Shown: positions 8,011-15,261 of the stretch, piece by piece
How the letters are laid out: every line of letters begins with the position of its first letter
How positions within the stretch are numbered: the stretch's first letter is position 1
Assembly (NCBI GenBank): GCA_903875555.1
Contig: CAIQWN010000037.1
Location: 1 to 39,836 of the forward strand
Length of the DNA stretch: 39,836 bases
Direction: 5' to 3'
Source of the DNA: an uncultured bacterium
Lineage (GTDB): Bacteria; Patescibacteriota; Minisyncoccia; Phycocordibacterales; UBA5272
Notes under the pieces: generated by a model
What the model saw: only the letters and a program-made list of their open reading frames with translations
The model's database searches: none
What the model was told of the DNA's origin: nothing
Made by a program: the position numbers and the translations under genes

Positions 8011-8619
8011 ATGATTATCGAAGTTGATGAATATAAAAAGAAAATACCAAACTACAACGCAGAAAAATCTGAAGATTTTCATCGTGAAAGTGCAAAACTT
8101 GCAGATAAAGATTTTATTAAACATCTTAAAACTAAAAAATATAAAAGAATTATTTTTATGGCTGGAGGCACAGCAAGTGGAAAGACTGAATATTCCACTT
8201 CATATTTAATAAACAAAGACCAGCTTGTTTATGACGGCACACTAAAAAACATAAATGGTTTTAATATAAAGTTAAAACACATAAACAAATATAGCAATGA
8301 AAGTAAAGTAAAAGTAGTTCTTATAATTCCGATTAATTTATCTACATCTTATAATGTGTTCCACGCGAGAGAAAGAAAAATGCGTGATGAAGTATTTTTT
8401 GAGACCCAAATTAAAAGCAAAGAAACTGTTGCTCAGATTTTGAGAGAAACAAAGATTAAAGTAGAAATATATTCTAGTGCATATGAAGAAAAAAAAGATA
8501 AACTATCTTTTAAAAGATTAACAGGCTCAAGAAATAGAAAAATGACAGCAAAACTTCTTGACTATCTCGCTAGTGAAATTAGAAATATTGCAAAAAGAAA
8601 CAACTTTACTATTAAGTAA
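8011..8619 (+). CDS. Zeta-toxin-family P-loop kinase-like protein
   Basis: 202 aa. Walker A is MAGGTASGKTE. HRESAKLADK lies upstream and DGTLKN downstream, in the same order as zeta/PezT family members. Confidence 0.6.
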   Translation: MIIEVDEYKKKIPNYNAEKSEDFHRESAKLADKDFIKHLKTKKYKRIIFMAGGTASGKTEYSTSYLINKDQLVYDGTLKNINGFNIKLKHINKYSNESKVKVVLIIPINLSTSYNVFHARERKMRDEVFFETQIKSKETVAQILRETKIKVEIYSSAYEEKKDKLSFKRLTGSRNRKMTAKLLDYLASEIRNIAKRNNFTIK

Positions 8620-8640
8620 AAAACAGTTAATATATAAATT

Positions 8641-8775
8641 ATGATAACAATACTCGGTGTTAAATTTCCAGTTTCTAAAAAAACCCTATATCCAAAAGAA
8701 ACAGAGGTTATTAGGTCATATATAGACGCAATCAAAAAAGGTAAAGGGAGTGCTGAAAGAAATCTTAAAATTTAA
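8641..8775 (+). CDS. Possible 44-aa ORF downstream of the zeta-like gene (MITILGVKFPVSKKTLYPKETEVIRSYIDAIKKGKGSAERNLKI)
   Basis: Manual translation. It starts 21 nt after the zeta-like stop and has no motif. Confidence 0.25.
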   Translation: MITILGVKFPVSKKTLYPKETEVIRSYIDAIKKGKGSAERNLKI

Positions 8776-8788
8776 TAAATTACAGTTA

Positions 8789-8853
8789 GGTCGTCAAATA
8801 AAATTTAAATCTGCAAGGTAAGACCTTGCAGAATTAAATTTTATTTGACGACC
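8789..8853. repeat. Long near-perfect palindrome (31-bp arms, one mismatch, 3-nt loop)
   Basis: GGTCGTCAAATAAAATTTAAATCTGCAAGGT-AAG-ACCTTGCAGAATTAAATTTTATTTGACGACC. The apex is a CTGCAAGG/CCTTGCAG unit that also occurs at 15065-15085 and in variant form at 16107-16125. Confidence 0.85.
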
Positions 8854-8945
8854 ACTCCCCGAATTAAAAAGTTAGAAATTGTTTAATCTATGAACGAGGT
8901 TTTAAATTTTAAATGTCTTGCGCAGTGTGACGACACGAGCAGAGC

Positions 8946-8989
8946 TGATTTTGCAAAATCACGTCGCACTGTGTCCATTAAAGTGCGAC
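8946..8989. repeat. Module M, copy 1: perfect 16-bp palindrome TGATTTTGCAAAATCA plus hairpin GTCGCACT-GTGTCCATTAA-AGTGCGAC
   Basis: Read directly from the sequence. It is inverted relative to copies 2 and 3. Confidence 0.65.
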
Positions 8990-9046
8990 CCAGCAGAAAA
9001 TTATGCGTGCATTTTAAATTTAAAACCGAGTGAACTTTTATGACTT

Positions 9047-9151
9047 TTACACTTTCACCTCCGCGCTCTGCTCCACCAACTTCGTCGGCACCGCCACCGT
9101 AAACGTAGACCCTTTTCCCCATTCTGAGACCACAGAAATTTTTCCTTTGTG
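9047..9151 (-). pseudogene. Orphan histidine-kinase 3' end, copy b (last 34 codons plus stop)
   Basis: The reverse-strand translation is HKGKISVVSEWGKGSTFTVAVPTKLVEQSAEVKV*. The roughly 60-nt core is nucleotide-identical to copy c. Confidence 0.8.
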
Positions 9152-9196
9152 CGTCGCGTTTCAATGGACATTACGCGACGTGATTTTGCAAAATCA
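9152..9196. repeat. Module M, copy 2: hairpin CGTCGCG-TTTCAATGGACATTA-CGCGACG plus the 16-bp palindrome TGATTTTGCAAAATCA
   Basis: Read directly from the sequence. It abuts HK fragment b. Confidence 0.65.
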
Positions 9197-9242
9197 ACCA
9201 CTTCTTCACATTCAGACTTTTTTACATCGCAGAATTAAATTT

Positions 9243-9974
9243 CTACCTAATATTATTTAATTCTTGATTACACTCAGCAGATACTCTTCCTTCTTTAAAA
9301 CAATTCAACACCTCGACTTTTTGTTCTGCATTAAAAATATTTTCTTTTAAATTAGTTGCACATCTTTGATAAATATAAAATCTTTTAAATAAATTAGAAT
9401 CCAATAATTCCGATAAAGTTTCTTCAATATTTCTGTAAGCTTCATCATGACTTTCTTTTTTTGTAAATCTTGCTGGGTATCCCAATCTTTTAAGTTCACT
9501 ATATCTGTAATCTAAACTTGCAAGAGATAATTCATAAGGTGTTGATATTGCAACAAGATTTATTTCGTAATCGTTATCTTTCAAATTCAAAGCGGTTTTC
9601 ATAGGAACTTCTTTTTTTCTCATTGTTCCTTCAACTATAAAATCTAAGCCCCTATTTATACATTCTTGAATTAACGATTCTACCCAGAAGTTACAAATAG
9701 CCTGTGTCATATCTGCTGCTTCTATATCATTCTCCTTTAAATAAAAATAATATTTAGGATGATAAGCCCTTAAATCATCTCCATTAATAAAAACAATATT
9801 TTTATTAATCTTTATTAATTCCCTAGCGAAAGCACTTTTACCACTACCAGGTTGACCACCTAAAATGAAGGCCTGTTTTATTTCTTGTGACAAAACACCA
9901 CTTGTCATCTGCGGAATTATCATTTCTTTAAAAATAGAAACTGCATCTTCTTGTGATATGTCAAAATTATTCAT
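9243..9974 (-). CDS. Zeta toxin family kinase (PezT/zeta-like)
   Basis: 243 aa. Walker A is ILGGQPGSGKSAF, with INGDDLR and VEGTMR motifs in the canonical order. Confidence 0.85.
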   Translation of the reverse strand: MNNFDISQEDAVSIFKEMIIPQMTSGVLSQEIKQAFILGGQPGSGKSAFARELIKINKNIVFINGDDLRAYHPKYYFYLKENDIEAADMTQAICNFWVESLIQECINRGLDFIVEGTMRKKEVPMKTALNLKDNDYEINLVAISTPYELSLASLDYRYSELKRLGYPARFTKKESHDEAYRNIEETLSELLDSNLFKRFYIYQRCATNLKENIFNAEQKVEVLNCFKEGRVSAECNQELNNIR

Positions 9975-10167
9975 ATTCTTTTAATTTTTTATCTATTACA
10001 CTTAATCTTTCCAAAAGAGAATTATATTCAAAAACATCTTCATAATAAACATTATGTCTTATAAATTGTAAATCATTGATCAAAATATTATCTTTAAAAT
10101 AAATAGCCTTACCTAAAAGAGTATTTATCATATTTAGTAATATTTCTATTTGTAAAACTTTATCCAT
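9967..10167 (-). CDS. Candidate epsilon-like antitoxin of the zeta toxin
   Basis: 66-aa helical ORF overlapping the zeta start by 8 nt, with TGGTATAGT-N6-ATG upstream. The assignment is by position only. Confidence 0.5.
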   Translation of the reverse strand: MDKVLQIEILLNMINTLLGKAIYFKDNILINDLQFIRHNVYYEDVFEYNSLLERLSVIDKKLKEYE

Positions 10168-10207
10168 AAATTTACTATACCATCAAAATATAAACTAGTC
10201 CATACTA

Positions 10208-10243
10208 GGTCGGTCCTTGCCTTGGACCCAGCAAGGACCGACC
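10208..10243. repeat. GC-rich hairpin family, copy 2 (13-bp stem, loop CTTGGACCCA)
   Basis: GGTCGGTCCTTGC-CTTGGACCCA-GCAAGGACCGACC. It lies 11 nt downstream (on the minus strand) of the stop of HK fragment c. Confidence 0.75.
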
Positions 10244-10254
10244 CCTCCACTCCA

Positions 10255-10464
10255 CTATTTTATTTTTCCTTCTTCCTTAATAAATACCTCCACATTCTCT
10301 TCCTTCAGTTTAGTTGGTACCGCCACCGTAAACGTAGACCCTTTTCCCCATTCTGAGACCACAGAAATTTTTCCTTTGTGTAATTCAACAACTTCTTTTA
10401 CGAAATACATACCAAGTCCGTTTCCAGAAATATTTGTTCCAACGCTTTCCTCTCTAGCGAACTT
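10255..10464 (-). pseudogene. Orphan histidine-kinase 3' end, copy c (last 69 codons plus stop, in frame, no internal lesions)
   Basis: The reverse-strand translation is KFAREESVGTNISGNGLGMYFVKEVVELHKGKISVVSEWGKGSTFTVAVPTKLKEENVEVFIKEEGKIK*. This is almost identical to the HK C-terminus, including the G2 box. There is no upstream coding continuation. Confidence 0.85.
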
Positions 10465-10530
10465 TTAATTTTCCTATTGCAAAAAAAAACTGTTGTGCTA
10501 TATTATATATATTAGGGCTTCGGCCTCCGA

Positions 10531-10554
10531 GAAAACCACCGCAAGGTGGTTTTC
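10531..10554 (-). terminator. Terminator hairpin downstream of the MazF-like gene
   Basis: The minus strand reads GAAAACCACC-TTGC-GGTGGTTTTC, with the T-run forming part of the 3' arm. Confidence 0.55.
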
Positions 10555-10564
10555 GATTCTTTAA

Positions 10565-10975
10565 CTAAATAAATTCTTTAATCTTATCTTTAATATTTTT
10601 AAAATCTCCTTTAGAAATATTTCCAACTTTTCTTAATAATCTTTTATTATCAATAACCTTAATTTGTGTTAACTTAACCCAAACTTTTTTATTCTTAATT
10701 TCATTATCTTTTTTTTCAAAAATATTTAACTCATAATGAAAATTATCGCTCTTCTTTTTGCTTGTAATAGGAACAACAAGCATAGATTCTTTATTGTATA
10801 CTTTCAATATCAAAACCGGCCTTTCAAAATTTTCATTCTTTCCATCAACTTCACTTCCTATATTAACCCCTAACGAACACCACCAAATTTCTCTTGGATA
10901 ACCAAAAACCAATCTCTCATTCCTGTTTATATTTTTCTTTTCGATATTCCATTTATCAAAATTCTTAATATGCAT
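10565..10975 (-). CDS. PemK/MazF-family toxin-like protein, solitary
   Basis: 136 aa. REIWWCSLGVNIGSEVDGKNENFERPVLILKVYNKESMLVVPITSKKK matches the long-form PemK/MazF pattern as I recall it. It starts 4 nt after the HK stop and has no antitoxin-sized ORF adjacent. Confidence 0.65.
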   Translation of the reverse strand: MHIKNFDKWNIEKKNINRNERLVFGYPREIWWCSLGVNIGSEVDGKNENFERPVLILKVYNKESMLVVPITSKKKSDNFHYELNIFEKKDNEIKNKKVWVKLTQIKVIDNKRLLRKVGNISKGDFKNIKDKIKEFI

Positions 10976-10979
10976 ATAT

Positions 10980-12632
10980 TTATTTTATCTTTCCCTCCTC
11001 CTTAATAAATACCTCCACATTCTCTTCCTTCAGTTTAGTTGGTACCGCCACCGTAAACGTAGACCCCTTTCCCCATTCTGAGACCACAGAGATTTTTCCT
11101 TTGTGAAGTTCCACAACCTCTTTTACGAAATACATACCCAGTCCGTTTCCAGAAATATTATTTACAACTTCTTCTTCTCGTGCGAACTTTTGATACAACT
11201 GTGTTTCGATAAATTTCTTTGACATTCCTCGCCCAGTGTCAGCAACATCCACCAAAATAAAGAATTCATTTCCATACAACTTTACTTTCACTCCGCCTTT
11301 CTCTGTATACTTAATCGAGTTATCAATCAAGTTCGCAAGCATATGGTCTAACTTCTCGTGGTCAAATACGATATCATAATTTAATCCTTCTTTGACTTCT
11401 AAATCAAGAGTAAGATTTTTCTTTTTTGCATTCGCTTCTTGTTCCGATACAATACTCTTCAATAACTCTTCAATATTATTTTTCTTAAACTCAACTTTTG
11501 TTTTCCCAGATTCGATACGAGAAATATCAAGAATAGAAGAAACGGTCTCGGCAAGAAGAACAGCATTATCATAAATTCTCCCCACTGGGTCATTCAACTT
11601 TTCTGGAAACTCACCATAAAGTCCCGTCTTAATCATCCCCACATAATTTCTAATAACCCCCGCCGGAGTTCGCAGTTGATGCGCCGCAATCGAAACGAAA
11701 TCATCCTTGTGTTTATCAAGTTCAATGAGTCTCGCATTAAGCCTAAACAATTCTTTATTCTTTCTTTTCATCTCATCATTAACCTGACTTTCTTTTTTAA
11801 CAGATTTAATCAAGAAAAAACCAAGTAAAATAGTTGTAATAAAAAATCCACCGTTTATAATATAATCTCTTTGATTTTCTGACAAAACAAATCTTGTAAA
11901 AAATAAAATAAACATTAAGAATGTCGCCATCTCTGTAGCAATAACCTTAACATTAAACAAGTTATATTTAAGTATCGCTCTAACAATAACTAAAGGAAAC
12001 AACGCAAACAAAATAATCGGGTAAGGTGGAAAATTTATATTAAAAGTTAAAAAGAAAACACTACCTCCACCAAGAAAACCAAAGGATGACGATATTAAAA
12101 TCTGTCTTAATTGTAAAGACTCTTTATGTCTGTCTAAATAAATAATTCTTTTGAATAAAATGAAGAGTGACAACATAGTCAGTAAAGCAAAATATAAAGC
12201 AAAAAATATGTATAAAGGACCTGCGTTTGGTGCATAATTAAAAACAAATTTATGAAAGACTCCTGTTACAAACAAAGAGCTATTAGCAATATAAACAAAG
12301 AATAAAGTTATTGGTGAAATAAAAAACCATATAATTTTTTTATAAACTAAATATGTTTTTGTTACATTTGAAATAAAAAGTAAAAAAAAGAAAGGTATAA
12401 AAGAAGCAGCGATATGAAGAACAACATTACTAATATAAGCAACATGTTCGGATACCGATATAATCATATACAAATATCCAAAACTCCATACAGAAGAACA
12501 GATATTTAATAATAGCCAACTAATACTTAAAATATTTTTTTTATTTGCCAAGAAAACAAACAGACCTGACAGAAAAGCAATAATTCCACCTAAAAAAAGA
12601 GCAACTGTATAATAATTTATAATCAATAACAT
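10980..12632 (-). CDS. Sensor histidine kinase with an N-terminal polytopic (about 7 TM) domain
   Basis: 550 aa. H-box SIAAHQLRTP, N-box NLIDNSIKYT, G1 DTGRGM, G2 GNGLGM. The N-terminal 270 aa are strongly hydrophobic. Confidence 0.9.
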   Translation of the reverse strand: MLLIINYYTVALFLGGIIAFLSGLFVFLANKKNILSISWLLLNICSSVWSFGYLYMIISVSEHVAYISNVVLHIAASFIPFFFLLFISNVTKTYLVYKKIIWFFISPITLFFVYIANSSLFVTGVFHKFVFNYAPNAGPLYIFFALYFALLTMLSLFILFKRIIYLDRHKESLQLRQILISSSFGFLGGGSVFFLTFNINFPPYPIILFALFPLVIVRAILKYNLFNVKVIATEMATFLMFILFFTRFVLSENQRDYIINGGFFITTILLGFFLIKSVKKESQVNDEMKRKNKELFRLNARLIELDKHKDDFVSIAAHQLRTPAGVIRNYVGMIKTGLYGEFPEKLNDPVGRIYDNAVLLAETVSSILDISRIESGKTKVEFKKNNIEELLKSIVSEQEANAKKKNLTLDLEVKEGLNYDIVFDHEKLDHMLANLIDNSIKYTEKGGVKVKLYGNEFFILVDVADTGRGMSKKFIETQLYQKFAREEEVVNNISGNGLGMYFVKEVVELHKGKISVVSEWGKGSTFTVAVPTKLKEENVEVFIKEEGKIK

Positions 12633-12634
12633 AA

Positions 12635-14278
12635 TTATTTATATAATCCAAGATATTTGTTTCCCAGCGAAGACATTTCCTTATTATTAATAAATAATAA
12701 AGCAAGATCGCTTATAGAATCAAAATTAATATTTGTCCCATGGTGCGGTTCTATATGTATATCTCCAATAAAATTTTTATTGGACTTAATAATTTCATTA
12801 AATAAATTTAGTTTTCCGTCTAGTGCATATATCGCTGACTGCGGAGAAGAACATGCAACGTGAGGATTATTAATTCCGTGAACAAACACACCCTCAGGTA
12901 TAAAACTTGGATTTATATATCCGTGCCAATGTGCTAAAGCAGATCCTTTTGTTGTTACTTTTTTAACATACTCCTTTTGTGTTTTTATATGATTAAAAAT
13001 AGAAGATAGAATAGCATTACCAACAGCGTGTGACAATATAACCTTTGTATCAAACGACGGTTTATAATCATCATCTAATATCAATCCGCTTGGCGCCTGT
13101 AAAAACATCTCTCCATTTTTTAAACCTATTTTTACTAAGTCTTTTTCTGGTTTTATATGTGTTTTATCTGAACCAGATCTCTGAGTCATAACCCAAACCT
13201 CTGGAACTTTCATATAAAAATTTTCTCCTTCTATTTCCACAATAATAAAAAGGTCTTCTCCAACATAAAACCAATCTCTATTAGAAACATCCAACCCTAA
13301 AATATTTTTTATATCAGTAACAGGAAATAATTCTGATATTTTTATTGGTATCTGCCATGCTAAAAACCCATAACTCATACCATTTCTATTATCTAAATGT
13401 AATTTACCTATCCATCTATAAAAATTATTTCTAAATGGTAAACTGTCTATTTTTTTTCCTTGTGGATACAATTGTGTCTGATCAAATAATTTACCACCTT
13501 CGACAAATTCTTTTATTATTTCTCTATAAGAAATGTCATTAATATTAAACTTATTATCCATAACAATAAATTCTGATAGTTTATATGGTCTTATAGGTGC
13601 AACAACCTTAGGAATAACAGCTTCTAATAAATGTTGTTTTAATTTACCATCATTTAAATTATATATGGGATGTGAGGCGTTAAAATTATACACAACAAAT
13701 TTTTCATCATCTACACCAATAACAATATTCGTCATGTGGTGAGCAAACATATCCATCGCTGTATTAAAATGTTCATGAAAATCGCTATCTCGTTTAATGT
13801 TTTTAGGAAAATCAAGAATTGTTATAACTGATGTATCTTTAAAACTCAAAGTGTTGTCCATAGGTAAATTTCCTATCTCGGACTCACCCAATGAAATTAT
13901 TGATATACCTGGTCTTACCCTATCCCTCTTAAATAGAGTATTTAAGAATACTTGAAATGTTACATAAAATAATTTTTCTTTATTTGTAAATAAATTATTA
14001 TATAAAACATAAAGATTTCGACCAAAAATTAAAAAACAGCGTTTTATTGCCTTATACACAGATATATGTTTTAAAGATTTTTCATAAGGTATAACATTAA
14101 CACCTAATTCTTTTAATTTTAATTCAACTTCTTTATAAAAACTTAAAACATTTAAACTTACTTCTGTCTCTTTAAAAGGAAACATAGTAACACTCATAAA
14201 CTTAGCCATATCATTATGACTAAGTGGAACTGTTTCTTTTATACCAATAATTTTATTTAATGCTTCTTGACTTAACAT
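12635..14278 (-). CDS. Uncharacterised 547-aa protein, co-transcribed with the kinase
   Basis: Long clean ORF whose stop is 2 nt from the HK start. No family was recognised. The C-terminal third is His-rich (SHAVGN, ALAHWHGY, HVACSSP, HIEPHHGTN). Confidence 0.7.
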   Translation of the reverse strand: MLSQEALNKIIGIKETVPLSHNDMAKFMSVTMFPFKETEVSLNVLSFYKEVELKLKELGVNVIPYEKSLKHISVYKAIKRCFLIFGRNLYVLYNNLFTNKEKLFYVTFQVFLNTLFKRDRVRPGISIISLGESEIGNLPMDNTLSFKDTSVITILDFPKNIKRDSDFHEHFNTAMDMFAHHMTNIVIGVDDEKFVVYNFNASHPIYNLNDGKLKQHLLEAVIPKVVAPIRPYKLSEFIVMDNKFNINDISYREIIKEFVEGGKLFDQTQLYPQGKKIDSLPFRNNFYRWIGKLHLDNRNGMSYGFLAWQIPIKISELFPVTDIKNILGLDVSNRDWFYVGEDLFIIVEIEGENFYMKVPEVWVMTQRSGSDKTHIKPEKDLVKIGLKNGEMFLQAPSGLILDDDYKPSFDTKVILSHAVGNAILSSIFNHIKTQKEYVKKVTTKGSALAHWHGYINPSFIPEGVFVHGINNPHVACSSPQSAIYALDGKLNLFNEIIKSNKNFIGDIHIEPHHGTNINFDSISDLALLFINNKEMSSLGNKYLGLYK

Positions 14279-14311
14279 ATTGTTAAGTATACAACATAAT
14301 TTCTAAAAAAA

Positions 14312-14956
14312 TTATAAATTATACACTACTTCCATAACTTTTATCGCATTCTTTTTAAATTCTCCTTTTTCTAAATCTTTTGGATATATCGGTTTACCAA
14401 AAATTACTTTGATTTTTCCTTTCCCAAAAAAGAATTTAAACAGTGTCATATCTTTCGTTCCTGAAATAAAAGTAGGCACAATAACACTTTCTGTTGCTTC
14501 AGCTAAATATCCCACTCCACCTTTTGCCTCTCTTAAAGTTCCATCTTTATTAATCTTTCCCTCTGGAAAAATACAAACAGACTTCCCTTTTCTTAAAAAG
14601 ATTAGATGGTACGGTAACGCAAAAGCATAGTCGTGATGTCCTGGGTATGCTGGATACGCCCCCCATAATCTAAAGAAAAAACCTCCGTAAAAAATTCTTT
14701 TCAGTACGGTGTTATTATAAAATTCTTTTTCTCGCGACACATAATACATTGGCCTTAACTCAGAAAAAAAAGGCACAGCACCAGTTACAACTATTGGGTC
14801 GAGTTCTCCAAAATGATTAGAAGCAAAAATTATTCCTCTACTTTTACTTTCCAAACCTTTTAGGTTTTTCAAACCTTTCACTTTAAAATCCACAAACAAA
14901 CCAAAAACAAACCTCATAAAAGGCCAAGAGATACTTTGTAATATAAAAGGAATCAT
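14312..14956 (-). CDS. plsC: 1-acyl-sn-glycerol-3-phosphate acyltransferase family protein (PlsC-like)
   Basis: 214 aa. The H(X)4D motif is in ASNHFGELD and FPEG in CIFPEGKINKDG. TGGTATTAT-N6-ATG lies upstream. Confidence 0.85.
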   Translation of the reverse strand: MIPFILQSISWPFMRFVFGLFVDFKVKGLKNLKGLESKSRGIIFASNHFGELDPIVVTGAVPFFSELRPMYYVSREKEFYNNTVLKRIFYGGFFFRLWGAYPAYPGHHDYAFALPYHLIFLRKGKSVCIFPEGKINKDGTLREAKGGVGYLAEATESVIVPTFISGTKDMTLFKFFFGKGKIKVIFGKPIYPKDLEKGEFKKNAIKVMEVVYNL

Positions 14957-15137
14957 TTAAATATAATACCACGAAAATAAATTTAATATTTGTGTCAACA
15001 AGTTTTACATATCATTTACAGGTCAGCTCTGTATGTCTAGTTCCTTCCTAGACATTTAATTTCTCTGCAAGGTCTTGCCTTGCAGAATTGTTTTTAAGAG
15101 GGTCGGTCATTGCTGGGCCCGTGGCAATGACCGACCC
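14957..15137. repeat. Unit A: plsC upstream region carrying three hairpins; duplicated at 15992-16206
   Basis: Shared with unit A': TATAATACCACGAAAATAAATTT, an ATGTCTAG...CTAGACAT hairpin, a CTGCAAGG-TCTTG-CCTTGCAG hairpin (present in variant form in A'), AATTGTTTTTAA, and a GC-rich hairpin. Confidence 0.65.
15100..15137. repeat. GC-rich hairpin family, copy 3 (14-bp stem, loop TGGGCCCGTG)
   Basis: GGGTCGGTCATTGC-TGGGCCCGTG-GCAATGACCGACCC. Confidence 0.75.
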
Positions 15138-15215
15138 ATAATTTTTACCAAACACAAACACCAAATTTAAATTTGACTTATTTTTTAATAAATATATAAT
15201 ATAAACATAACTACG

Positions 15216-15257
15216 AAAAAGACCCTTATGCGGGTAAGTCCGCATCGGGGGCTTTTT
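15216..15257 (-). terminator. Terminator downstream of the NYN gene
   Basis: The minus strand reads AAAAAGCCCCCGATGCGG-ACTTA-CCGCATAAGGGTCTTTTTC. The stem is imperfect and is followed by a T-run. Confidence 0.55.
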
Positions 15258-15261
15258 CATT

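Noticed and set aside
8883-9260. Track ORFs 8883-9164 (minus) and 9030-9260 (plus)
   Set aside because: Both run through module M, palindromes and the orphan kinase fragment. The kinase-frame reading is only 34 codons long and the rest has no coding character. They are treated as repeat or pseudogene sequence.
10217-10468. Track ORF, 83 aa, plus strand
   Set aside because: It is the antisense reading of orphan kinase 3' end copy c. The minus strand translates to an almost exact copy of the kinase C-terminus.
15048-15260. Track ORF, 70 aa, minus strand; likewise 16088-16300 on the plus strand
   Set aside because: Both lie across the hairpin-rich units A and A' (three to five stem-loops each) and a terminator. 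The open frames are a by-product of the repeats.
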